The notes under the pieces: model-generated | The model's database searches: none | Seen by the model: only the letters and a program-made list of their open reading frames with translations | What the model was told of the DNA's origin: nothing | Position numbers and translations under genes: made by a program | NCBI GenBank assembly: GCA_001004885.1 | Contig: LCRX01000006.1 | Coordinates: 35,079 to 99,078, forward strand | Source: Candidatus Magasanikbacteria bacterium GW2011_GWA2_56_11 | GTDB lineage: Bacteria > Patescibacteriota > Patescibacteriia > Magasanikbacterales > UBA922 | DNA length: 64,000 nt | Direction: 5' to 3' | Shown here: positions 41,913 through 52,331 of the stretch, piece by piece | Layout: every line of letters starts with the position of its first letter | Numbering within the stretch: the stretch's first letter is position 1

Positions 41913-43172
41913 ATGCGCCAGTCCCAACTTTTTACCAGAACCAGCAAAGAAATGCCCAAAGACGAGGTGAGCGTCAACGCTTCGCTGCTTATGCGCGCCG
42001 GTTTTGTGGACAAATTATTTGCCGGAGTCTACACTTTGCTGCCGTTGGGACTCAGGGTCATGACAAAAATAGAAAACATAGTCCGCGCGCAAATGAACGC
42101 GGCTCTCGGCCAGGAGGTGCTTATGCCGGCGCTTCACCCGCGCGACAATTGGGACGCGACCGCGCGCTGGGACGCCATGGATGTTCTGTTCAAGCTTAAA
42201 GACAGCGCGGACAAGGAATACGCGCTCGGCGCTACGCACGAAGAAATAATCACGCCGCTGGCGCAGAAATTTTTGATTTCCTACCAGGATTTGCCGCGTT
42301 CGATTTATCAGATCCAGACTAAATTTCGCAATGAGCCGCGGGCTAAGTCCGGACTATTGCGCGGGCGCGAGTTTCGCATGAAGGACTTGTACTCGTTTCA
42401 TGCCGACGAAGCCGACCTAGACCAGTACTACGAAACCATGAAAGGAGTTTATTTTCAGGTGTTTAAACAAGTTGGTTTGGGCGGTATTACCCACATTACT
42501 TTCGCTTCGGGCGGCGCCTTCTCCAAATATTCCCACGAGTTTCAGACCATTACGTCCGCCGGTGAGGACACGATTTATGTCTGCGCCGCCTGCCAAGTGG
42601 CGGTGAACCGGGAAATCATCTCGGAATTAAAGTCTGTGTGTCCGGAGTGCGGCGGCACCGAGCTTCTCGAACACCGCGCCATTGAAGTAGGCAATATCTT
42701 TAAACTCGGCACCCGGTTTAGCGGCGCTTTTGATTTTCGCTATACGGATGAACGCGGGGCGCTCCGGCCGGTGGTTATGGGCTGCTACGGCATCGGCATC
42801 ACCCGGCTTTTGGGCGCCATTGTCGAGGTGCATCATGACGGGCGGGGGATTGTTTGGCCGGCGGCGGTGGCGCCTATGTCCGTTCATCTAGTTTCGCTCG
42901 CGCGCGAGGCGGCCGATGTTCGGCAGGCGGACGAGATCTACGGGGCGCTCGCCCGCGCCGGAATAGAGGTGTTGTACGACGACCGCCAAGCCGTCCGGGC
43001 CGGAGAGAAATTCGCCGACAGCGACCTTTTTGGCCTGCCGCTTAGAGTGGTCGTGAGCGCCAAGACTTTGGAAAGCCAAAGCGTCGAGCTTAAGCGGCGC
43101 GGCCGCGAGGAGGCGATTTTGGCGCCCATTGGTAATTTACTTACCGCCGTAACCCAGGAACTGGCCGGTTAA
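41913..43172 (+). CDS. proS: Proline--tRNA ligase (short form, no editing domain)
   Basis: MRQSQLF, THEE, KFRNEPR...GLLRGREF.MKDLYSF, EVGNIFKLG, MGCYGIG. Confidence 0.96.
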   Translation: MRQSQLFTRTSKEMPKDEVSVNASLLMRAGFVDKLFAGVYTLLPLGLRVMTKIENIVRAQMNAALGQEVLMPALHPRDNWDATARWDAMDVLFKLKDSADKEYALGATHEEIITPLAQKFLISYQDLPRSIYQIQTKFRNEPRAKSGLLRGREFRMKDLYSFHADEADLDQYYETMKGVYFQVFKQVGLGGITHITFASGGAFSKYSHEFQTITSAGEDTIYVCAACQVAVNREIISELKSVCPECGGTELLEHRAIEVGNIFKLGTRFSGAFDFRYTDERGALRPVVMGCYGIGITRLLGAIVEVHHDGRGIVWPAAVAPMSVHLVSLAREAADVRQADEIYGALARAGIEVLYDDRQAVRAGEKFADSDLFGLPLRVVVSAKTLESQSVELKRRGREEAILAPIGNLLTAVTQELAG

Positions 43173-43229
43173 TCTCTCAGGCGCGGAACCATTGAAAAGC
43201 GATCTGAAAATTATTTTTGAGATAGGTTC

Positions 43230-44279
43230 ATGTTAAATTTTCTTTCCAAAAAATTGAGCCAGGATATAGGCATAGATTTAGGTACGGCCAACACGCTTGT
43301 TTACACCAAAGACAGGGGAATAGTCATTGACGAACCGTCGGTCGTGGCCGTTAATCTAAAGACCGAACAGATTTTGGCCGTGGGCAACGAAGCCAAACAG
43401 ATGCTCGGCAAGACGCCGTCGCATATCGTCGTGACGCGGCCGTTGACGAGCGGCATTATTTCCGATTACGAGGTAACGGAAAAGATGCTGCGGTATTTTA
43501 TTGACAAGGTTTATGAAGGCCGTTTCTCCCTTATGTCCCGGCCCCGGGTGATCATCGGCGTGCCGTTGGATGTTACCGAGGTAGAGGTTAAAGCGGTGGA
43601 AGACGCCGCGCTCTCCGCCGGAGCGCGCGAGGTTTCTATCGTGCAGGAACCCATGCTGGCGGCCATCGGTTCGCGTCTGCCGATTGAGGATCCGGTCGGC
43701 AATATGATAGTAGATATTGGGGGCGGCAAAACCGAAGTAGCGGTCATCTCTCTTTCCGGCGTGGTAACGTGGAAGTCTACCCCGATAGCCGGCGATGAGT
43801 TCAATCGCAATATCGTGCAATACGCGCGTGAGGTGTTCAATCTGATGATCGGCGAGGCTCACGCCGAACAGATCAAGATCAAGGCCGGCTCCGTTATCGA
43901 CGCCGGCGAACGTTTGGAGTTTCCCATGCGCGGGCGGGACGTGGTCAGCGGCTTGCCCAAAGAAATTATCGTCAACGACACGCATATCCGCGAAGCCCTG
44001 GAACGATCCACGCGGACCGTGGTTGACTATATCAAGATGACTCTCGAAGTAACTCCGCCGGAGTTGACTGCCGATATTCATGAACGGGGCATGCTCCTTT
44101 CCGGCGGCGGCGCCTATTTGCGCGGACTTGACCGTATTATAGCCGAGGCGACCGCGATTCCGGTGCGCATCGTAGACGATCCTCTCACAGCGGTGGTGCG
44201 CGGTACCGGAGTGCTTCTGGAACAGGAAGAGCTGCTGCAACAGGTAAAATTGCCTTCGGCCCGTAATCTGGCCAAATAA
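43230..44279 (+). CDS. mreB: Rod shape-determining protein MreB
   Basis: IGIDLGTANT, DIGGG, LSGGGA. Confidence 0.96.
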   Translation: MLNFLSKKLSQDIGIDLGTANTLVYTKDRGIVIDEPSVVAVNLKTEQILAVGNEAKQMLGKTPSHIVVTRPLTSGIISDYEVTEKMLRYFIDKVYEGRFSLMSRPRVIIGVPLDVTEVEVKAVEDAALSAGAREVSIVQEPMLAAIGSRLPIEDPVGNMIVDIGGGKTEVAVISLSGVVTWKSTPIAGDEFNRNIVQYAREVFNLMIGEAHAEQIKIKAGSVIDAGERLEFPMRGRDVVSGLPKEIIVNDTHIREALERSTRTVVDYIKMTLEVTPPELTADIHERGMLLSGGGAYLRGLDRIIAEATAIPVRIVDDPLTAVVRGTGVLLEQEELLQQVKLPSARNLAK

Positions 44280-44286
44280 GACCGCT

Positions 44287-44941
44287 ATGCGAGCGCAGCG
44301 CACGGTGCTAGTCCGGATTGCCATTGTTATTTTGGCTGTCATCGGCCTGCACGCGGTCGGTTGGCTTCGTCCCGTGGAAAGCGGTTTGCGTTCAGTGCTC
44401 AATCTCGGACTGGCCGGCGCCTACCGCGCCGCCAGTTTTGTCGCCGGCGGCCGGGAAACAGCGACCGGCCCTTCAAACGAGGAAAACGGCCAGAACCGCG
44501 AGGCCGAGCGAGTGGAGCTCGATCTGCTGCGCGCAGAAAATGTTGAACTGCGGGCCCTGCTTTCTTTTTCTTCTTCAACGCATTACGCGCTGATCGGCGC
44601 CGACGTCATTGGCCGGGGTGTTGACCCCTTGGGAACCACGATAATCATCAACCAGGGCCGGCGCTCCGGCCTAAGACTCAACAATCCGGTAGTGGCCGGG
44701 CAGGGCCGGCTGATAGGCACTGTCGCGCGGGTTGAAGAAACGGCAGCCGTTGTCCGTCTCATAAATGACAGCCGCAGTGGTAACCTCCGGCCTTGAGGGC
44801 ACGATACCCCGCGGTCTCTTGATAGGCACAGTCGAGGTGGTAGAAAAAAAACCGCAAGAGCCGTTTCAGGAGGCCGTTTTGAAGACTGCCTTTGATTTAC
44901 ATAACCTGTCGGTGGTGTCTGTTTTATTGTACGAGCCTTGA
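44287..44941 (+). pseudogene. mreC: mreC with internal deletion and frameshift (or assembly error)
   Basis: First frame gives the MreC N-half up to LINDSRS (stop at 44796); the +1 frame 44777-44941 gives VVTSGLEGTIPRGLLIGTV...LLYEP*, the MreC C-terminus. Confidence 0.8.
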
Positions 44942-44946
44942 CCTTT

Positions 44947-45492
44947 ATGCGCCGCCTCCTGGCATTTTCCGGATGCGTCCTGGCCGCCTTTGCCGCGGTG
45001 GCGCTGCAGATCGGCGCGGTGCCGGTTTTGCCTTTTCCCTGGTCAGCGGCTAATTTGGTGCTCCTGTTTTTGATCTTGCTCATTATGATTACCGACTCCG
45101 GGGCAGCGGTGTGGTGGGCGTTTTTCATGCACTTCGCGCTCGAGCTTTACGCCACCACGCCTTTTGGCGTGCTGCTCTTTAGCGGCACCATGACGGCCGC
45201 GTTGCTGTACGTGTTATACCGGACGTTAGTTACGAACCGCACTGCCCTGTCAGCTCTGGCTCTGGCCGCTTGCGGACTGATATTTTACCGCTGCGTCTAT
45301 ATTATCCTGGTGGCGGTATTCGGTGAAACTTTGGTCTGGCCGGGAGAGCGTCTCGGCTGGCTGATTTCGGCCTATTTTATTGAGCTTGCCATCACTGCCG
45401 CTCTGACAATAGTTTCGTTCGCGTTTCTTAAGCTAATTTTGTCCCGATTCAGCCTCACGACTGTTTCGGCCAAACATTATGAACGACGTTGA
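44947..45492 (+). CDS. mreD: MreD-like membrane protein
   Basis: Multi-TM protein between mreC and mrdA. Confidence 0.6.
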   Translation: MRRLLAFSGCVLAAFAAVALQIGAVPVLPFPWSAANLVLLFLILLIMITDSGAAVWWAFFMHFALELYATTPFGVLLFSGTMTAALLYVLYRTLVTNRTALSALALAACGLIFYRCVYIILVAVFGETLVWPGERLGWLISAYFIELAITAALTIVSFAFLKLILSRFSLTTVSAKHYERR

Positions 45493-47503
45493 CCCGGTAG
45501 AAATTTTTCCGCTGGGCGCCAACCGCAAGAAATCCTGGCGGAAAATTACCGGCGCGTACAAGACGCGCTGGGTCGAGGGTACTCTGCCGGCCGGTCAATC
45601 GGCGCCGGCCGACCGGCTTATCGCCCGGGGCACGTCGCACATCGGGACGAGTTTTTCGTCCCGGCGGGCCCGACTGATGTTCGCCGTAATGCTCGGCGGT
45701 TGTTTGATACTTTTGGGCCGTCTGCTCGCGGTGCAGCTGGTTTTTGGCCAAAAGTACCGCGAACTGGCCGAAAACAACAGCGAGCGGATCGTGCCGGTGC
45801 CGGCGGAGCGCGGGCTTATTTATGACCGCCGCGGCCGTCTGCTCACCAAAAATGTTCCGAATTTTTCCGTTCTTATCACGCCCCGCGATTTGCCCCGCGG
45901 TCTGGACGAACGCGCCTTGGTGCTGCGGCGCTTGGCCGAGCTGGCAGAAGAAACGCCGGAGAGAATCGACAAGCTTTTGCGCGAATATTCCCGCTACAAA
46001 AGCGCCTCGGTAATCGTTCGCGAAGATATAGACTACGAAACTGCCCTGCGCATTTATATCGCGAGCGCCGACTTGCCAGGGGTGCAGATAGAACGCGGGA
46101 GTAAGCGTCTTTATGTCCGCTACCGCCCGGATCCGTCTTCGCCCTATCAGCTTTTGGCGGATGAGACGTCGAGCTCGAGCCCCCATGCCCTGGCCGCCGT
46201 TTTGGGTTACTTGGGCAAGCTAGATCCGGACGAATTGGAAACGCTTTACGGCTCCGGCTATCTGCCCTCCGATTCTATCGGTAAAACAGGGATAGAAAAA
46301 ACCTACGAATTTGCTTTGCGCGGCGTCTACGGCCGGCGGCGGATCGAGGTTAATGCCCTGGGCCGGGAACAGACCGTGCTCGCCGAGTACGCGCCCCAGC
46401 CCGGGGCGCATTTGGAGCTTTCGCTTGACGTTCTCATGCAGGCATCTCTTGAACAAATCATGCGGCGCGTAATGAAAAGCTCCGGCACAGAGCGCGGCGC
46501 CGGCGTCGTGCTCGAGCCCAAAACAGGACGTATCTTGGCTTTGGTGAGTATTCCGGCTTACGACAATAATGACTTCTCCGGCGGCATTGGCCAGGAAGCG
46601 TACGGGGCTTATCTCGCCGATCCCGACCGGCCGCTTTTTAACCGGGCGGTCTCCGGCGTATATCCGTCCGGTTCTACGATCAAGCCGGTTATAGCCGCGG
46701 CGGCGCTGGCGGAAAAAATTATTACGCCGCAAACGACGGTGGCGAGCACCGGGGGCATCCGGGTCGGACAGTGGTTTTTTCCCGACTGGCAGCCTTCCGG
46801 ACACGGCCAGACTAACGTCGCTCGCTCCATTGCCTGGTCCGTAAATACGTTCTATTACTATATTGGGGGCGGCTACGCGGGTTTCCGCGGCTTAGGCGTA
46901 GAAAAAATTGCCGACTACCTCAGGATTTTCGGTTTTGGAACCAAACTGGGCGTGGATCTTACCGGCGAAGAGCCGGGGTTTGTTCCTTCCAAGGAATGGA
47001 AAGAACAGACCAAGGGCGAGCCATGGTATATCGGAGACACGTATAATCTATCCATTGGCCAAGGGGATTTGCTGGTTACACCTTTGCAGATTGCCGCTGC
47101 CACCGCCGCCATCGCCAACGGTGGCACTCTGTACCAGCCGCAAGTCGGCAATGCTACCTCCACTCCGGACGGCTCCGTGCGGACAGAATTGCCGCCGCGC
47201 GTAATAAAAGATCAGGTGGCGCCGCGCGAGTATGTAACTGTGGTACGCCAAGGCATGCGCGATTGCGTGGTTTACGGTTCCTGCCGCCAGCTTAGCTCGC
47301 TGCCGCTAGCCGCGGCTGGCAAAACCGGCACTGCCCAGTGGAATGCCGATCGCCCTAACCACGCCTGGTTTACTTCCTTTGCCCCTTATGATAACCCCGA
47401 AATCGCTGTTACGGTCATTATTGAAGAAGGCGTGGAAGGCAGCCGGGTGGCCGTCCCGGTAGTCCACGAGTTCCTACGCTGGTGGGCCGGGTATCGAAAA
47501 TAG
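45479..47503 (+). CDS. mrdA: Penicillin-binding protein 2
   Basis: RGLIYDR, PSGSTIK (SxxK), SVN, KTGTAQ. Confidence 0.93.
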   Translation: MNDVDPVEIFPLGANRKKSWRKITGAYKTRWVEGTLPAGQSAPADRLIARGTSHIGTSFSSRRARLMFAVMLGGCLILLGRLLAVQLVFGQKYRELAENNSERIVPVPAERGLIYDRRGRLLTKNVPNFSVLITPRDLPRGLDERALVLRRLAELAEETPERIDKLLREYSRYKSASVIVREDIDYETALRIYIASADLPGVQIERGSKRLYVRYRPDPSSPYQLLADETSSSSPHALAAVLGYLGKLDPDELETLYGSGYLPSDSIGKTGIEKTYEFALRGVYGRRRIEVNALGREQTVLAEYAPQPGAHLELSLDVLMQASLEQIMRRVMKSSGTERGAGVVLEPKTGRILALVSIPAYDNNDFSGGIGQEAYGAYLADPDRPLFNRAVSGVYPSGSTIKPVIAAAALAEKIITPQTTVASTGGIRVGQWFFPDWQPSGHGQTNVARSIAWSVNTFYYYIGGGYAGFRGLGVEKIADYLRIFGFGTKLGVDLTGEEPGFVPSKEWKEQTKGEPWYIGDTYNLSIGQGDLLVTPLQIAAATAAIANGGTLYQPQVGNATSTPDGSVRTELPPRVIKDQVAPREYVTVVRQGMRDCVVYGSCRQLSSLPLAAAGKTGTAQWNADRPNHAWFTSFAPYDNPEIAVTVIIEEGVEGSRVAVPVVHEFLRWWAGYRK

Positions 47504-47597
47504 GGCTTGACCGGCGGCAACTATTTGCTATACTAGCTCTATCCGTGGCGTATCGCCCGGATATCTTTTTTAAAGCTCAGAGTTCGCGGTCTGCCAT

Positions 47598-47626
47598 TTG
47601 CCTGCGCTCAGTACTCTGGGTATAAT
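47598..47626 (+). promoter_or_regulatory. greA promoter (very short leader)
   Basis: TTGCCT-17nt-TATAAT, ending 10 nt before ATG 47637. Confidence 0.6.
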
Positions 47627-47636
47627 CGGCCTATTT

Positions 47637-48101
47637 ATGAGCGACAGCACCCAATATCTCAGTCAGGACAAATACCAAGCGCTGCGATCCGAACTCCGGG
47701 AGTTACGCTCTGTCCAGATTCCTTCTATCGCCAAGCGTATTGACGAGGCCAGGCAAATGGGCGACTTGTCGGAGAACGCCGAGTACCACGCGGCCCGCGA
47801 GGAAATGAGCTGGGCGCAGTCGCGAGCCAAGGAAATCGAGCATATTCTCGACAATGCCGAAATGATTGCCCATGACGGCAACCAGCAGACGGTCGGCATC
47901 GGCTCATCCGTCGTTGTCAAAGCCGGCAAAACCGACCGTGAGTTCACGATCGTCGGCGCTCAAGAGGCCGATCCCATCGCCGGCAAAATCTCCAATGAGT
48001 CCCCCCTGGGCCAGGCTTTTTTGGGCAAGAAAAAAGGCGATCGGGTGGAGGTGCGCGTGCCGGCCGGCACGCAGGTTTACGAAATTTTGGAAATCAAATA
48101 A
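47637..48101 (+). CDS. greA: Transcription elongation factor GreA
   Basis: GDLSENAEYHAA, ISNESPLGQA. Confidence 0.96.
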   Translation: MSDSTQYLSQDKYQALRSELRELRSVQIPSIAKRIDEARQMGDLSENAEYHAAREEMSWAQSRAKEIEHILDNAEMIAHDGNQQTVGIGSSVVVKAGKTDREFTIVGAQEADPIAGKISNESPLGQAFLGKKKGDRVEVRVPAGTQVYEILEIK

Positions 48102-48110
48102 TTTTGGTTT

Positions 48111-49616
48111 ATGCCCGCCGTCACCGCCGTAAATATCAATGACGAGTTTGCCATCCGCATCCGCAAATTGGCCGAGCTGCGCCAGGAGGGGATAGAGCCT
48201 TATCCGGCCCGCGCCGCCCGCCGGCAGATGATCGGCGAAGCCCTTAATTTGGCGCCGGGCGAATCGGTAGCCGTCGCCGGCCGCGTGCTCACCAAGCGGG
48301 AAATGGGCAAGCTCACTTTTTGCCACCTGCAGGACGAGAGCGGGCGGATGCAGATTGTCCTGAAGAAAGACGAAATGGATGCCGAATCTTATAATCGTTT
48401 CGTCAAAAAAATCGATCCGGCCGATATTGTTGACGTCGCCGGCGTCCGTTTTGTTACCCAGAAGGGGGAGGAGTCCATACTCGTCAAAGACTGGGGGCTA
48501 CTCACCAAGGCGCTTCTGCCGTTGCCGGAGAAATGGCATGGCCTGACTGATGTCGAGGCCCGCTACCGTAAGCGTTATCTCGATCTTTTGGCCAATCCGG
48601 GGTCTATGCGGATCGCGATCCTGCGCAGCAATCTTGTCCGGGCTCTCCGCCACTACTTTGATGTCCGCGGATTCTACGAAGTGGAGACTCCGGTTTTACA
48701 GACGCTTTACGGCGGCGCGCTCGCCAAACCGTTCGTTACTCATCACAACGCGCTCGACATCCCGCTTTATCTGCGCATTGCCCCGGAATTATACCTTAAG
48801 CGGCTGATCGTCGGCGGCTTTGAAAAAGTGTACGAAGTGGCCAAATGTTTTCGCAATGAAGGCATAGACAATAATCATAATCCGGAATTCACGCAAATAG
48901 AGTTCTATTGGGCCTATGCCGATTATCGCCAGCTCATGGACCTAATGGAAGATCTTTTGCCGCACCTTATTTCCGCCGTCGGCCTGCCTCTCCGGTTCAC
49001 GACCAACGGCCAGGAGGTGGATTTTACGCCGCCGTATCCGCGCGTCGCGATGCGCGATTTGATCAAAGAGTACGCCGGGCTCGACATTGAGGATTTTCCG
49101 GATCAGGCGTCCTTGTACCGCAAAGCCAAAGAGCTCAAAGTGGAGGATATCGACCCGGCCGCCGGCCGGGGCAAACTGATCGACGAGATATACAAAAAAT
49201 ACGCCCGGCCGCGCATCGTCAATCCGCTTTTCATGATTGACCACCCAGTGGAGCTTTCGCCGCTCGCCAAGCGCCGGCCGGATAACCCCAATTACGTGGA
49301 GCGGTTTCAGCTCTTGTGCGTGGGCGGCAATGAATTGTGCAATGCTTTCTCCGAGCTCAATGACCCGCTCGACCAGGAGGCGCGTTTCGAGGAGCAGGCG
49401 GAATTGAAAGAAGGCGGAGACGAAGAGAGCATGCCTTACGACGAGGATTTCGTTACGGCTTTGAAACACGGCATGCCGCCCACGGCCGGACTGGGCATGG
49501 GCATTGACCGCTTGGTCAAACTGCTCGTAGACGCCTCGAACCTCAAAGAGGTAATCTTGTTTCCCACCCTGAGACCGGAACAGGATCCTGGCGGACGCGA
49601 GACGCGGGCCAGCTAA
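48111..49616 (+). CDS. lysS: Lysine--tRNA ligase (class II)
   Basis: RYRKRYLDL, YLRIAPELYLKRL, FRNEG..HNPEF, GMPPTAGLGMGIDRL. Confidence 0.97.
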   Translation: MPAVTAVNINDEFAIRIRKLAELRQEGIEPYPARAARRQMIGEALNLAPGESVAVAGRVLTKREMGKLTFCHLQDESGRMQIVLKKDEMDAESYNRFVKKIDPADIVDVAGVRFVTQKGEESILVKDWGLLTKALLPLPEKWHGLTDVEARYRKRYLDLLANPGSMRIAILRSNLVRALRHYFDVRGFYEVETPVLQTLYGGALAKPFVTHHNALDIPLYLRIAPELYLKRLIVGGFEKVYEVAKCFRNEGIDNNHNPEFTQIEFYWAYADYRQLMDLMEDLLPHLISAVGLPLRFTTNGQEVDFTPPYPRVAMRDLIKEYAGLDIEDFPDQASLYRKAKELKVEDIDPAAGRGKLIDEIYKKYARPRIVNPLFMIDHPVELSPLAKRRPDNPNYVERFQLLCVGGNELCNAFSELNDPLDQEARFEEQAELKEGGDEESMPYDEDFVTALKHGMPPTAGLGMGIDRLVKLLVDASNLKEVILFPTLRPEQDPGGRETRAS

Positions 49617-49626
49617 GCGCTAGAAT

Positions 49627-50046
49627 ATGAAAAGTGTCATGATTTTCGGGACCTTTGACATCCTTCATCCCGGACACATCGCGCTTTTCAAACAAGCTAG
49701 GGGCTATGGCGACCATCTCACAGTCGTTCTCGCCCGCGACGTTACGGTCCGAAAAGTAAAAGGCAGTTTGCCGTTGCATGATGAAAAACAGCGCCGCGAA
49801 ATCCTCGCTCATATTGATCTGATCGACCGCGTCGTGATGGGGGACACGGATAATGCTTACCGCATTATCAAGCGCGTCCGGCCCCGTGTAATCGCCCTGG
49901 GCTATGACCAGACAGCCTTTGTCGACCGGCTCGAAGAGCAGCTCAAAGAGTTCAAACTGCCGGCCAAAATCGTCCGGCTCAAACCGCATCGCGAGAATAA
50001 GCATAAGACTCATAAAATTAAACGTCTCCTCGCGCAGCAACTATGA
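49627..50046 (+). CDS. Cytidylyltransferase-family nucleotidyltransferase (RibL/FAD synthase-like)
   Basis: GTFDILHPGH, ARD, LGYDQ. Confidence 0.85.
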   Translation: MKSVMIFGTFDILHPGHIALFKQARGYGDHLTVVLARDVTVRKVKGSLPLHDEKQRREILAHIDLIDRVVMGDTDNAYRIIKRVRPRVIALGYDQTAFVDRLEEQLKEFKLPAKIVRLKPHRENKHKTHKIKRLLAQQL

Positions 50047-51080
50047 AACGCAAGTTCCTGATCGCCACCTCTAACCCGGGAAAATTCAGCGAAATGCAGG
50101 CTTTTTTGGCCAGCCTACCCTTTGATTTCGTGGGTCTGCCAGATTTGCCGGCAGCTCCGCCCCCTCCCGAGGAAATCGGGCCGACGCTTGAGGACAATGC
50201 CCTGGTTAAGGCGCGCTATTATGCCCAAAAAACCGGATTAACGGCGATCGCGGATGACGCCGGTCTGTTCGTTGAGGCTCTTGGCGGCTGGCCCGGAGTT
50301 AAAAGCGCGCGTTTTGCGCCGACCAACGAGGAGCGCCTGGAGATTATGAGGCAGAAAGCTGCCGCCCTAATAGAAAGCGAACGTTCCGCATTATTCCGCG
50401 CGGCCGTCGCTGTGGTAGACCCGGCAACGGGTACGTCGTTCGTGGCGTCCGGGGAAACTCAGGGCACGATTATTCCCGAAGGGCGGGGAACGCCCCGGTT
50501 CGGTTACGAATCGGTTTTTGAAGTGGCGGCGCTCCGCAAAACTTACGCCGAACTTTCGCTGGCGGAGAAAAACGGTGTCAGCCACCGCGGCCGGGCCTTG
50601 ATCAAGATTAAATATCATCTTTCAAATACCTACGGCTCAAAACATATTGTCGTGCCGTACGCCCTTATAGTAAAGGACGGCCAGGTGCTGATGAATCGCC
50701 GGAATGAGCCGCACCGCCAGGAGTTTCACGGCAAGTGGGAGTTTCCCGGCGGTAAGGTGGAGTTTGGAGAGACCATGCACGGCAATTTGAAGCGCGAAGT
50801 ATTCGAGGAAGTCGGCTACCAGGTGGAGATCGTAAAGGCGCTCCAGCACATTGCCGTCGAAAGCCAAGCCTATCCTACTTTCAGTTATCAAGTTTTTCTC
50901 GTGCCGTATGTCTGCCGCGTGGTCGGGGGAGAGGTCAAGCTAAGCGACAGCGAGGTGCTCGAGACCGGCTGGTTTGATCCGGATCGGGCGCTCGACTACG
51001 AGATGATCGGCAAAAATGACAGTATGTACCGGCAGATACTGCCCGAATTTAAGGAAATTATCGCCGCCTATAATCTTTAG
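50043..51080 (+). CDS. HAM1/RdgB non-canonical purine NTP pyrophosphatase fused to a MutT-like NUDIX domain
   Basis: ATSNPGK, ADDAGL, PGVKSAR, KNGVSHRG; then WEFPGGKVEFGE...REVFEEVG. Confidence 0.9.
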   Translation: MKRKFLIATSNPGKFSEMQAFLASLPFDFVGLPDLPAAPPPPEEIGPTLEDNALVKARYYAQKTGLTAIADDAGLFVEALGGWPGVKSARFAPTNEERLEIMRQKAAALIESERSALFRAAVAVVDPATGTSFVASGETQGTIIPEGRGTPRFGYESVFEVAALRKTYAELSLAEKNGVSHRGRALIKIKYHLSNTYGSKHIVVPYALIVKDGQVLMNRRNEPHRQEFHGKWEFPGGKVEFGETMHGNLKREVFEEVGYQVEIVKALQHIAVESQAYPTFSYQVFLVPYVCRVVGGEVKLSDSEVLETGWFDPDRALDYEMIGKNDSMYRQILPEFKEIIAAYNL

Positions 51081-51088
51081 GAACGTGT

Positions 51089-52330
51089 ATGCTCGACATA
51101 AAATATATCCGCGGCCACGCCGCCGAGATCAAGGAAAATTGCGCCCGGCGTCGCGTCCAGGCGGACATTGACCGTCTTCTCGAGCTTGATGAAAAGCGGC
51201 GCGGCGAACTTCAGGATATCGAAAAGCTGCGCGCCGAGCGCAATCAGGGCTCCAAGGGCAAGCCGGACCCGGACGAAATCTCCCGCCTGCGCGAAATCGG
51301 AGAACAGATCAAGGACCTCGAAGCCGGCTTGGTTCCGGTTGAAGCGGAGTTTACGGAATTGATGGCCCAGATTCCGAATTTGACCCACCCCGAATCGCCC
51401 GTGGGCGGCGAGGATGATTACCGCGTTGTGGCCACTGCCGGCGAGCCGCCCCAGTTCGGTTTCGCGCCCCAGGACCACGAAACTCTCCTGACCGCGCTTG
51501 ACCTGGTGGATTTCGAGCGCGGAGCCAAAGTGGCCGCGGCAAAGTTTTATTTTTACAAAAATGACATGGTCCGCCTCAACCAGGCGCTCCTGAACTACGG
51601 CATAGATATAGTTACGGCTCACGGCTTTACCCTCATGGAGACTCCGGACGTCGCCAAGAACCAGGTACTCTCGGGGATCGGCTTCAACCCGCGCGGGCAG
51701 GAAACACAGGTATACTCCATCGAAAATACCGACTTGAGTCTCATCGGCACGGCCGAGATTACCGTCGGCGGCTATCATGCCGACGAAATTCTGGATTTAA
51801 GCGCCGGGCCGAAGAAATACGTCGCCCTATCACACTGCTTCCGCACCGAGGCCGGCGCCTACGGCCGCGAGAGCAAGGGTTTGTACCGTGTCCATCAGTT
51901 TACCAAACTCGAGATGTTTATCTATTGCCGACCGGAGGAGAGCGAGGCGCGGCATCAGGAATTATTGGCGATTGAGCGGGAGATCTGCGATCGCCTGGAG
52001 CTGCCGTACCGCGTGATTGACATCGCCGCCGGCGATCTCGGCGGCCCGGCCTACCGCAAGTTCGACATTGAGGCCTGGATGACCATGAAAAACGATTACG
52101 GCGAGATTACGAGCGCCAGCAACTGCACCGACTACCAGGCGCGGCGGCTGAATATCCGCTATCGCACCGCTGCCGGAGAAACTGAATTCGTGCATACCCT
52201 GAACGGCACCGCCGTGGTGCTGAGCCGTTTCCCGATCGCCATTGTCGAAAATTACCAGCAGGCCGACGGCACGATCCGGGTGCCGGAGGTGCTGGTCAAA
52301 TACCTGGGTAAAAAAGTGATCGGAGTTTAA
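51089..52330 (+). CDS. serS: Serine--tRNA ligase
   Basis: GTAE, CFRTEAG, GLYRVHQF.KLE, EITSASNCTDYQARR, HTLNGT. Confidence 0.97.
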   Translation: MLDIKYIRGHAAEIKENCARRRVQADIDRLLELDEKRRGELQDIEKLRAERNQGSKGKPDPDEISRLREIGEQIKDLEAGLVPVEAEFTELMAQIPNLTHPESPVGGEDDYRVVATAGEPPQFGFAPQDHETLLTALDLVDFERGAKVAAAKFYFYKNDMVRLNQALLNYGIDIVTAHGFTLMETPDVAKNQVLSGIGFNPRGQETQVYSIENTDLSLIGTAEITVGGYHADEILDLSAGPKKYVALSHCFRTEAGAYGRESKGLYRVHQFTKLEMFIYCRPEESEARHQELLAIEREICDRLELPYRVIDIAAGDLGGPAYRKFDIEAWMTMKNDYGEITSASNCTDYQARRLNIRYRTAAGETEFVHTLNGTAVVLSRFPIAIVENYQQADGTIRVPEVLVKYLGKKVIGV

Positions 52331-52331
52331 T

